From positions 2,277,355-2,341,354 of the forward strand of contig NC_134030.1 in the NCBI RefSeq assembly GCF_964204645.1: DNA of 64,000 bases. Direction: 5' to 3'. The notes beneath the pieces are model-generated. The model was not told the DNA's origin. It ran no database searches and saw only the letters and a list, made by a program, of their open reading frames with translations. The translations under genes and the position numbers were made by a program. Shown one piece after another: positions 13,497-25,800 of this stretch (its first letter is position 1; each line of letters starts with the position of its first letter). Source of the DNA: Tubulanus polymorphus (lineage: Eukaryota > Animalia > Nemertea).

Positions 13497-16400
13497 ATGC
13501 GAAAATACAACGAGCTTTGGAGAGATTTGCATAATGCAGCTACTGATGATGATTTTAAAAAATTGAGAGATTCATTTCGAGCTGGGCCCGGAGAAGTTCA
13601 ATTAGGGCTAACCGTGCACGATATCGACACATGTCCGAATATGTCTGAGCTGCGAAAAATACTTGCTGACAAAGGCATCATTTCAGAAGAACGCAACGAC
13701 TTCGAAACCCTGAAGACACACATGAAAGAATGCGGTTTGGTTAAGTTAGCACAGATTGTGGATAGTCACCTGCAAAAACATAGAAATAGTGAAGAGGGAG
13801 TGTCTACTGATGGCGACCGCAGCGGCATTACCAGAACAACAGGTGAGAACAATAGCCTTAATTTTTCAGACAAATTTTCTTACAACTAAATATGGTATTT
13901 ACATGAATACGTTCGTACAGTGAAAGACCGGTTTGTAAACGTATAACGAATCGGCAGAAAGTTTATTTCTGCAGTCATTAAAATGGAAAATAATTCAATC
14001 AAAACGCCCTGTTATTTCACGTCATCTCGGTTCCTCCCGGAAATCTCCAATGGTCCGTTTAGAAATATCTCCAACGGAAAAGAAAAAAATACTTTTTTGA
14101 TAGACGATCACAACTTTTTGTAAGCAGCCATGATATATTTGGTATCGTTAAAAAAGATCAACGGGAGCCTAAAATATGTCTTTTCGAATTTCTGATTTTA
14201 ATTTTTGATAGATAAATTTCGTTTTTGAATTATCATTATTAGGTTTAAGTACATTCTAATCTTATATGGTGAGGGGAGATCTGAATCCCAAACCATTCGC
14301 GATCTGTTAGACATGCTTCAAAATTGTCAGAATTAGCAAATATGACGCGTTGCACGTTTAAAAACAACTTGTAATAATTACAAGTTGTTTTTAAACGTGC
14401 AACGCGAAATAGCGTAGTTAATAAAACGTTTTGGCGATAGAATTCAATAATTCCACGAGATATTTCCCGGTTTGGATACGAAAGCACTGCAGAGATATGG
14501 ATGTCCTGCGTTGGGGAGCTACCCATTATTGCCTAGATTCGTGCCTGATAGTTGAAAAGTTAGCGCCATAGTTCATCCTTGCTTTTTTAATCCATGTTAT
14601 AAACAATCAGTTCGAAGAAAAATCTCAGAGTTGATTCGATTTATAATAATAATCATTAAAACACAGTGGTTATATATGTAATGTCTAACCTGTTAAATGT
14701 TTACTGGTTTGACGACGCGGTCATCGTCGCATTATAGGTATGTAATTATACATATAAAAAACTAGATCTATCATACTGGTGTTCATTCACCAAAAAATCA
14801 AATATTTCAGATATTCTGTCAAAAACTGTTAATTTCCCTTATCCTAAATCATGTTCGCAAAAATATAAAGCTCTTAAATATTACTAACTTCCCTATCATA
14901 AATCATCTCACAAAAATTTAGTTCTCTCAAAAATTGTAAATTTACTCTCAGGTTTTTCCTGGAAGGTAGAGTTGTCTATCAAACATAATTGTTCTGGTTT
15001 TCCGCATCGAAGTTTTCTATGAAAAGTAATTGTTTTCTGGGAACTACTTAATCATAATTTTGACACCAGAAAGATAGATTTGTTTAAATGGGCCCAAACT
15101 TTGAACATTAGATAGAGTTGTAAACAAGCTTTCTAATGGAGAAAAGAGAGTTCTGAACAAGCTCTCTAATGGAGAAAAGATAGTTCTAAAAGATAGTTCT
15201 AAACAAGCTCTCTAATGGGAGAGTTCTAAACAAGCTTTCTAATGGAGAAAAGAGAGTTCTAAACAAGCTCTCTAATGGAGAAAAGATAGTTCTAAACAAG
15301 CTCTCTAATGGAGAAAAGATAGTTCTAAACAAGCTTTCTAATGGAGAAAAGAGAGTTCTGAACAAGCTCTCTAATGGAGAAAAGATAGTTCTAAAAGATA
15401 GTTCTAAACAAGCTCTCTAATGGGAGAGTTCTAAACAAGCTTTCTAATGGAGAAAAGAGAGTTCTAAACAAGCTCTCTAATGGAGAAAAGATAGTTCTAA
15501 ACAAGCTCTCTAATGGAGAAAAGATAGTTCTAAACAAGCTCTCTAATGGAGAAAAGAGAGTTCTAAACAAGCTCTCTAATGGAGAAAAGATAGTTCTAAA
15601 CAAGCTCTCTAATGGAGAAAAGATAGTTCTAAACAAGCTTTCTAATGGCGAAAAGAGAGTTCTGAACAAGCTCTCTAATGGAGAAAAGATAGTTCTAAAA
15701 GAGAGTTCTGAACAAGCTCTCTAATGGAGAAAAGATAGTTCTAAAAGAGAGTTCTAAACAAGCTCTCTAATGGAGAAAAGAGATTTCTAAAAGAGAGTTC
15801 TAAACAAGCTCTCTAATGGGAGAGTTCTAAACAAGCTTTCTAATGGAGAAAAGAGAGTTCTAAACAAGCTCTCTAATGGAGAAAAGATAGTTCTAAACAA
15901 GCTCTCTAATGGAGAAAAGAGAGTTCTAAACAAGCTCTCTAATGGGAGAGTTCTAAACAAGCTTTCTAATGGAGAAAAGATAGTTCTAAACAAGCTCTCT
16001 AATGGAGAAAAGATAGTTCTAAACAAGCTCTCTAATGGAGAAAAGAGAGTTCTAAACAAGCTCTCTAATGGAGAAAAGAAAATATTGTGTAAGCTGCAGT
16101 AGAGGAAAAAATGCTGTACATTAAAAACAATGTATTATGAATGCTTATAATTTTTATTTGATTTGATCTGATCCGGAAAGAACATCGAAACGAATGATGT
16201 TACAACTGGTTTCAATTTGATGCTGTAGCGATCTGATCATGTCTGATTTACCGGGAATATTTGCTTTTTTAACATCGAATAAATAAATAAAGAATAACAT
16301 AAAATAAACCTTGGAAAAATCATTCCACATTCGAAGTTGTCAAATGATTACTCCAAGAATAAACTAGTAAAATGCATCAAACCCGTCCACGAATTTTCAA

Positions 16401-16999
16401 AACCAATGATATTTGCTTCAAAATACGCCTTTATGATGACAAAAATGTCCTAATTCGTCACAACACTTCAGAAGAGTCCTTTGATCCACCCCTGACCTAA
16501 AGATGACTACTAAGATATGGTCGAAATGTTGAATAAACTACACTAGCTCAAGACGTTTTGTTTCATTCTTGGTGTGAGATTCTATTTTTAGAAACCACAA
16601 TAGGTTTCGGTTTTTTTCACTTGTGATAGGGTAAGCTGTGAATCATCATAGAAGTTATCTCTTCTTTTTTCAGGTCAAACAGGTAATGAACCATTGATGG
16701 GTTTGAATGATTCCAAATCTGTAGGACCAAAACGTGAGTTCAACATTTGAGCTTGAATATAATTTGGATGATCATTTGTTAACGTTTTTATGTTTGAAAA
16801 TAACTAATATTTGTCTTAGGATTTGATATCGAATGCCATCGCCACCGAGATCAAAATCAGGAGTGTTACAAGTTTAATGAAGGATCTAAACGCGGTTTAG
16901 TTTTGATTATCAACCAGTTTACCGTAAATCGTACAGGTAAATATTTATCATTATAACAGTGATTTTATCATAAAAATGATGATGATAATTATAATATAA

Positions 17000-17031
<32 letters not shown>

Positions 17032-20000
17032 AAAAATAATAATGGATTCTCTATTCTTGATTACATTTATATATTTTCAGTTAAATCTAGTCTCACACTC
17101 GAATGTTCTTAATCAAATCTTAAAACATATCTTTTTAAACGCACCTATTTCCCATGATCTCATTATAAATTGTGCCTTTCTTACTGTTCATTTTTTTCTA
17201 TATTGTCCTCATTCTATGGTAAACATTGTACAGTGCTTATTTTCATAGTACTGCCCTATAAAAGAAAAAATTATTATTATTATCATTATCATTATATATG
17301 ATAATGATGAGCACACAGAACACATGTGTATGTTTACTTTTTTATTTCCGCTTTATTTTGGAAAATACATATTTGAGCCTAAGGACTGTACCAGTAGGCG
17401 ATATGCTCTTGCGCAAAACGTCTCAAAACCGACAGCATTTTATAGAAAATCGATTTACAACAGGTACCGAAAAAGATGAAAGTGATATAGTAGACCTGTT
17501 TGAGAATGAATTGAAGTACGAAGTAATAAAAGCACAGGATCAATCAAGAGATGCAGCGCTTAAAAAGATCGATGAAATGAAAACAAAACTCGAAGAAGGA
17601 TCGTATGATTCATTTATTTTGTTCATTCTTAGTCATGGTGATGAGGTAAGTACATGTAATTCTAATAAGGTAAATACATGTAGTTTTTATACATGTGTCT
17701 GTAACATGTCTGTCTATTTTGGTTCCCATAAACAAGTGACTGTCTTGACTAATACAAATGTAAACAAGAAAATTAATCTTAATAAATTATTTGACGCCTG
17801 CGAAAAAATGTAGAATTTCTGGGAATAGCTAATGTGGAATTGCAAATTTGAAATTCGAAGTTTTAAGAAATTTGGGGAATTATGAGGTTTGGCGATTGGG
17901 TAGATGATACAGGTCTTCGACTCTAGTAGTGGTTTAATTTTTTGTCAATAATTGATAACTTGCGACCAACTTCATTTACTTATGCCTCTAAGCTGGTCTG
18001 CTACTTCATTGCATCCATGGTTGAGGAAAGAGCATTCTGATGTCTGCTTCATCATGACTTCGAGCATATCGTGTGGCCTAGCCAGCCGGCCCGGTCCCCG
18101 GGTTTGGCTGTCACTCGATCGACCCTAGTCTTGAGTCTGGGTTGAAGTATACATTGTCATTTAAAATAACTTGTTTATGTTATTCTGTATGAATTACCCG
18201 TGTGTCTTGTACGTTTTATTTTCTTGTTTAAAATTGTATTTATTGAATTTGGGAATTTTATCCCAGAATTTCAATGTAATAAGGATCAATAAAAAATTGA
18301 ATTGAATTTTCACCTACACAGGCCTTTTTATGAACACTCGATTAGTATATTCGAGTATGCAAAACGTTTTTATGAGCATGGATTATGTCATAATCCGTCA
18401 TTTTTATGAACATTGGTTATCATAATCGATTAGCATACTCAGCATACTCGCTCGGCGAGCAAGTATGCCGATTATCTAATCCGACCGATATGGTGTTCTC
18501 GGTAGAAGTCGCTGCTGAGTAGGCCATAATTGAATAATTTCTACCTGGCGTTTTTATCAACCAACATACCCGGTTATGCTAATTGACACTAATCGGCTAT
18601 ATAATCTATATAGCTAATCTATTTCGATTTTGCTGGTTCATAAAAAGGCCTGCCATCAGAGGATGCGGAGCCGTATATGACAGCTATGCTATCATAAATT
18701 GCTAATCTCTGAAACCTGCATACGCCTAATATCGAACATATTTTCTAAAACATTTGAATTTTGAAATTATATGTTTACACATTTTCATATTTACCACTTG
18801 TAGCCGCTGATGAAATTCACGCCGGCCCTACACACATCATATATAGCTTCGTCATTCCGCCAGTTTCCCCATGTCAGGGTCTGACTTTTATATCAGACTC
18901 CCGCATCGTGTATACATCCGCCATTTAACCGAATAATCTGATTTACTTATCATTTCATTTCTATTCATGTCTGCCGCTTCTGATATAATCATACATCCTT
19001 TACTATAACAATACGTCTTCTAATGATATTCAATGCAATATAACATTTCGACGTTCAAATATAGGTCATCATATAATCACAGGAAGCCATTCTACATCTC
19101 TGTCAATAATATTTTGCCAGATAGCTTGTTTGTGTACACATAAACCTGTGACGTTTTGCACATCGATTTACGGTTGTCGTTTGTAAAATGACGCTGAATG
19201 GTTAACATTGTTCAGGTTTCATAATGGTAACGTTTTATAAGGCGTCAAAAAAACCCGCAATAGTGAAGTTTCCAGTTTTAAAGCAAAAACCAATGATTTT
19301 GACGTTTTCACATAAATTCTAAAATCATTGCTGCAGATATTCTTATTATAAAAAGGTTTGATAATTTTTGCAGGAAGGAATAATGACGGTTGAAAAAACC
19401 CCCGTAGATGGTAAAAAAGAAGAAACGGTCTGTGCTAGACTTACCATTGCTGAATTAGAAGAAAAATTGACATGTTCCAAATTAAGAAGCATGACAGGTC
19501 AGAATAAAATCTTTGCTGCCAATTTCTGGTTGAAAATTTTATAATTTCCACATTAGACGCTGCTACACAACAGTAACCAAATGCTATTGAATCAAATAGA
19601 TCCTTCTCATATCTAATTGGGTTTCAAAAATGCGTGTATATCAAAAGTATATAGGTTCATACAATTATTAAGTATCTAATTACTTTTATGAATAGTAAAT
19701 ACACTATATTATTATTAACTAAGGTTTTTTTTTCATTTTACTCAGCTCATGGGAGTGATGATGATGATGATTGTAATTTTAGGCAAACCGAAGATGATTC
19801 TAGTTCAAGCTTGTCGCGGTAGAAAGGATATGCTTGAAGCCACTGAAAAAGATAGTGAATGCGCAACTGATGAAATTCATGATGAAATGCCGCTATCCAT
19901 TCCCGATGAAGCTGATTTTCTGACTGCTTACTCCCAGAGAATTAGTAAATACATAAGTCAATCCCCTATATACAGCCCTCCCATTTACCGCCAGTCCCGC

Positions 20001-20631
20001 CCACCGCTAGGTATTCTCAATGTACATCTCAATATAAATATAAATACATACCGCCAAAATCGTTCAGCACCAAAGTGGGCGGTATATTGGAGGTAGACAG
20101 TATACATTATGGAAGCGTCCTGGGGATATCAAGAAAAATTTTTGTTCAAAGAGTTTGTAACTCATAATAAACTAGTTTTCTTAGTTAAATGCGATTTTCG
20201 AGGTTAATTCCGAGTTTGTAACTAGGAATAAACCTCCAACCTCGAAAATCACATTTAACTGAGAAAACTAGTTTATTCCTAGTTACAAACTCGGAATTAA
20301 CCTCGAAAATCTTTTTGAAATAGATATCCCCGGGACGCTTCCGTACACAAGAATGATTATAATAATTTCAGGAAATTAATTTTTTCGGAATTGAGAGTTG
20401 CTTTGTTTATTTCTAGATTATTATAGTCTTCGAGACAGAAACCAGGGAACTTGGTTCATTCAGAAGTTTGTGGAAGTTTTGAAGGAAAATAAACATCGTC
20501 ATGTATCGGACATACTGACAACAGTGAACAGGAGGGTCGCCGAGCATAGAACAGCTAAAGGAGACAAACAGATGCCTGTGTTTATGTCATCTTTGAGAAA
20601 GCTTTTCTACTTTGTTAAACCGACTGAGTAG
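13497..20631 (+). CDS. Caspase-8-like paralog (copy 2), predicted single DED
   Basis: Exons 13497-13842, 16674-16733, 16820-16936, 17464-17645, 19374-19497, 19783-19944, 20417-20631 join in frame. Motifs KRGLVLIINQF..NRTGTEKD, SHGD, QACRG, GTWFIQ. The DED2 exon survives only as broken fragments. Confidence 0.85.
14281..16272. pseudogene. Disrupted, partly inverted DED2 exon relics of caspase copy 2
   Basis: 14281-14365 (+) matches copy-1 5641-5738 with deletions. 16205-16272 and 14668-14711 match copy-1 5731-5799 and about 5793-5835 in reverse complement. Confidence 0.8.
15112..16078. repeat. 33-bp minisatellite (with 27- and 13-bp variant units)
   Basis: Unit GTTCTAAACAAGCTCTCTAATGGAGAAAAGA(T/G)A, about 30 copies. 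Confidence 0.95.
18319..18652. mobile_element. MITE in a caspase-2 intron
   Basis: 17-bp TIR CAGGCCTTTTTATGAAC / GTTCATAAAAAGGCCTG with internal TTTTATGA(A/G)CA repeats. Confidence 0.7.
20111..20343. mobile_element. MITE with TA flanks (Tc1/mariner-like)
   Basis: TIR GGAAGCGTCC(T/C)GGGGATATC at both ends, internal inverted sub-repeats. Absent from the homologous short intron of caspase copy 1. Confidence 0.75.
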
Positions 20632-21920
20632 CAAATTTTATATTCCTTAAATTCAATTTCGTAGTCCGTGTTGAAATGACAACATAAATTCAAACTAAGA
20701 AAAACTAGGTTCGGAATTATTTCCTTGAGCTAGCAGGTTATTCAAGATTTTGACTATCTTGTATTCTTGAAGATGACTATTGGGATTAAGTGAACTACAT
20801 CTATTCATCTTATTTCAACAACTACTTCGCATTTTATTTACGTTCTTGGTGTGGGATTTTTAAATCGTCTTTAATAAAACGCCGCTGCATTTTACTAAGG
20901 GTAGAATTTCTCCTGTAAGTGAAATGATTAGACTTGTTTGTACATTTCATTCGAAATTTTAGATTTAAATTTATGTAAATGATGTTTTAAAAATGATATT
21001 GACTTATTGTGTTCGCTCTCGTAATGTTTGAATTCTATCGTTCAAAACGCTGTCTCTGTACGGAGAACCTGGCTGGTAGATATTTACCCGTCTTGTTCGA
21101 GAAGGGCCTCGAGTCTACTGTCGTATTTCAATACGCAAAGGCGAAAAGATATAGAAATTGGATTCTAATTAAGTTTCACATATGTATCCATGAATTATCG
21201 ATATTTGCTTATTTTGCTTGCAATGTATTTACTTGATTTACTAGTTCAGAAATTATAATGTTTTGCTGAAATCATATAAAATGATTATTGTTTTGATTAA
21301 CGTGTATACGTATTGCATCCCACAGAATAAACACACATAACATTTAAACAAATTGAGTTTGTTTTGATTTATTTTAGAATCTGTTCATTGTATTGGATAT
21401 ATGTTGATCGAAAAAGGAAACCAAATGAATAGGAAAAAATACAGGCCCAATAAAAGCTGCATCTTCACTTCAAGCAGTGATATACGTATAACCGGATAAA
21501 ATGATCCTGTTACCCTTCTTCCAGTTCTCGACAATATCTCGTCTCTGACCAGGCAAGCATGAAATGGACCATTCTGTCGGGATCACTACTAGTCTAGCAG
21601 GACATTCTCTTATAGCAAGAACTCTAAAAAACGATTAGTTGAATTCATTTTACAGTTCATATTTAAACGAAGCGATCAGGATTCCTTACACTCTTATCCA
21701 CCCAATATTGAAAACTGGCTTTTTACCGACTGTATAAACTAGAGAGTCATAACTCACATCTCGGTTAAAACTATCAATGATTATCAGATTATGAGCACAC
21801 TGAGACTAAGACTGCAGAACAATTCAAGTCAAACATCTAACTTTCTTTATCTGAAAATATGAACTGTCCATGTACTTGTCCATGCAATTGTTCAATTAAT
21901 TTTGATTTGATTTGAATGCT

Positions 21921-22100
21921 GTGTCCCTTACAAACCTACCACACCTGCCGGGAGCGAAACAACGAGTTCGTATTCAACTTTTTCTAAATCTTAAAATAGG
22001 GATTGACCCTTCTATTTATTTAATTGGTAGATTTCGTTTGATGTTTTGATTTGGTGTCCCTTACAAACCTACCACACCTGCCGGGAGCGAAACAGGGAGT
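21921..22100. repeat. Dispersed repeat family (also 42413-42525 and, inverted, about 53068-53205)
   Basis: Shared GTGTCCCTTACAAACC.AC.ACACCTGCCGGGAGCGAAACA and TCTTAAAATAGGGATTGACCCT blocks. Confidence 0.75.
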
Positions 22101-22832
22101 TGATATCCAACTTTGTTAACCTATATACCTTCCCGAACAGATCCCATGTTTCATTAACTGAAACTAAGAACTTTACTTAAGTGTCCTGTTTTCCTATTAC
22201 ACGTTAATTAAACCAAAAAATATAATCTAATCTACAATACACATACAGAGAACAGTCTATAAATCCCCGGAGCGGTGACGGAGAGCTGAAACAGAACAGA
22301 CGTGGATTTCAACGTCAACGCAAATGGTAGATGCGTTAGTGCAGAATATGAGTTATTCAATTTAATTGGTTGCTGAATTGACGCTAATGTGTGTTTACAT
22401 GCAAAATATTATAGATATTTATTGATACCGGGACAGCATCTGATAATGGCTTTATTTTATTATACACATCCCTTATGAATATTGTGAATTAGTAAATGTT
22501 TTATGGAAAAAATCGTTCTTTCAGCCGATACAGTTTCATGGCTACCAGTTGTTGATATCGCGTGTTACAGCAGACTCACGGGGTTTGAACGTTTGTGCGC
22601 CTGCAGTTTGGATTGATTAAAATTGCATCATTGTGTCACAGTCCTTTTTAAACCATCGCGATCAGTCGTCATAAATCGGGAATAGTTTTTATTAAGGAGG
22701 ATTTAGTTGATATTATAACCGCTCCGTTCTGCGGACTTCGCATGAGTTTTCGGGGGTAAATCTTAAAAGGAAAAGTGAGTTTGAATCGTTAAAACAACTT
22801 TTATTCTCAACTATTTTCAATAACTTGAAATA

Positions 22833-25800
22833 ATGGCTGAAAAACAAGACGCGAAAGAGAAAGAGAGTTTAAAAACGGCGGCTCTTGATTTCGCTAATGA
22901 AACAAACTTCCACGGAGTGAAATACATCGCGCATTCGCCAACCTACTTCACTAGGTAAGTAGCTCATTCTCCAACCTACTTCAGCGCTAGGTAAGTGATC
23001 TTAAATTAGGTGTATATTTTTTATTAACTGGTTCGATGTTAATGAACGAAACTGCTGGGCCAATAAAAGAAGACGCTATACCCAAACTTAGATGCGAGCA
23101 ATGGAATCTTATGAATGGCATATTTATCGGACTTGGATTGTATATCGATGCCGTCATTTTTCTAGATTCATGTACTTTGTATTTCTAAATCACTTATAAA
23201 TATTTGTGATGCGATAAGAAAACGTGAAATCCAAGTCATTCGTCTGATAATTAGTAATTAGGTTATTAAAAGTAGAAATATTCGGACGCTCGCTACCATA
23301 TTTCTTCGATGTAAAATGAAATAAAAATTAACCCGAAATTCATAATTCTGTTCCGCTTCACATTTCATTTTAGACTGACGCGGATAGAAACCACTCGAAA
23401 TATTCATAATTTTGGGATTCGATGATTTGTATTTTAGTTATGAGGATAATATTCTACAACAATATTTTGTACAGCGTTGAATTCGGGTTTAGAAGGAACT
23501 GTCATAGAAATAGTAATCATTCCTGAAAAGTTCAATATTTAAACAAGTAAAACTTATAACACTATATAATTAAGATTTCGCGCCCTCTATTATCCTATTG
23601 TTGATACTGCAACCCCTGAGCTGCTGCTGGCAATCAACAGCTCAATAATAACCGACTCAAAAGGAAATTTATAAGGTGCTCCACGGACGATCGGTCTTAT
23701 ATCTTACATATAGACACATTCCCATTGAGGCTTTTATAATATGATTCCTTGTTTCTGCGCTCTGCTGAGTTTAAAACTTGACGCGGCAGGCCACCTATCT
23801 ACCCTGTACATACATTACCTTTTTTGAAATTGTGATCAATTCTACCAACAGACCCGGAAGCTAGAATTGAACTGGACCCAGTTCCACAGTTGTGAGTTAA
23901 AGTTAACTCTGAGTTAAGGTTAGTTCATTTTCAATGTTTTAACCCAGAGTCAAATCTTAACTCAGAACTGTGGAACTGGACCCTGATTACTAATTCTATC
24001 ATATTTACAAAAATGACCCGGCCGCTGCGGAGAAAAAAGGCATCATTTTTGATTTCTACTCGGGCACAGACGGCTTTTCTATTTCTGAGGGACTTGGTCC
24101 TTAGTGAGAATAAAGACGCATGAATTACATCAGAGTTCATTGTTTATGACCGTATCTAGAAAACCCTGTCCATATTTCGGGTTGGTTTAATATCAAATCA
24201 ATTAACTTTAACCTTTGAACCTTTGAACCACTGATTCCGGGTATTCAAATCTTCACGAACCATGAATTGTAGAACTGCGACATGTTGTTCGGATGATTGT
24301 AAAGTATCTATTCTAATTGTAATATATTTCAGGTTGATTTGGTTGATTTTATTTTTGGGTATGACTGGCGTGCTTTGTTATCAGATATATGACCGTACCA
24401 CGTATTATCTGTCGTGGCCTGTAACTTCTGATATAACAGTGGGAAAACCAGAAACAGGAGAACTCTCATTCCCTGCTGTTACTATCTGTAACACTAACAC
24501 TTTCAGGTAGCCACTTTATTTCTTTTACGAATGTTGAATTAGGTAAAATAATTAGTAAAATGTAGAACTGTAGACTCAGAACGTTAGCGAACAGGAAATA
24601 TCTATCAACGATATTAGTGTCAGAAATCTTTTTGAATTTTCATCGGCGAATAATTCATTGACTTTATCAAAACGATACAATTCAAAACATTGATTCGATT
24701 TGTTACAAGTAGATTTTATGATAAAATTGTAAATAAAATAGACTATGATTTTCCTCACGATTTTTTAAGAATTAAAACCTATAAAACTGTCTTCGTTTAA
24801 AGGTTATCTGATGTAGAGGCGGCCGGGTTTTATGAACAGATATCAGGATTTTACAGCGATGAAACCTACAACTCTTCATCATCGACTGTCGTACAAATGG
24901 ATTTACGTTATTTGATGTTAAACATGAGCCACAGAATGAAAGATTCAATCAAAGAAGCGTCGTTTCAATCTGAATATTTAGATACGAATAATTTCACAGC
25001 AATATTCACTGATTACGGCTTGTGTTACAGTTTTAACATCGACCAATCACGAAACGTTTCCTCATACGGAACGGGTAGGTTTTAGAAATTTGAATATCAA
25101 GAACAAAAATGTTTATTTCGAAAGGGAATCACAGGTGAAAAATCAATATTGATATAACCAAAAATACACAAAGAGGATCTTCTTTGTGTATTCTTATAGA
25201 ACGTATACCCGTAAAACTGTGTCAGAATTCGCCAAGTCAAAGCTAGAAAAAATATTTACTATACGTGGGATTCGAACCCGATGTGATGCGATGACAACAA
25301 TCCTAACCCTCAACAACGTCCGATGAGGGCTTCTAAAAAACGAGGAATATTATCTCATTTAGAATCAATTACGGATAAAATGAGAGTAAAGATAAAAAGG
25401 TGGCAAAATAGGAAGTACATGGAATTGATAGATTTTTATAAAATTCGCACATGCAAGGAAGGACGAGTCTAGCGCGCTGACCATTCGGCCACAGCCCATC
25501 AGCACTTTACTAACGATAGAGGGTAGCCATAATAGAAAGAACAAATGATAAAACACTAATCTATCTAATAGATATGCAAATAGAAAAATGCTAAATGAAG
25601 TTTAATGAATATTCATTAGGTATCGCATTCGGATTGAGATTATTGATAAATATGGAAACGTATCAGACAATGAGCGGTGAACACAAGTCATCAGGATTAC
25701 GAGTTCTTGTTCACGATAAAAACGAAGTTCCTCGAGTCAAAAACCTGGGACTTTTTGTGCCGGCAAAAATGATGGCCGTTATTGGTATCAATACACTACA

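Noticed and set aside
15391-16059. ORFs of repeated LFRTIFSPLES
   Set aside because: Translation of the 33-bp intronic satellite; frames are broken by 13-bp units.
17000-17248. Poly-Met ORF
   Set aside because: (ATG)n microsatellite within a caspase intron.
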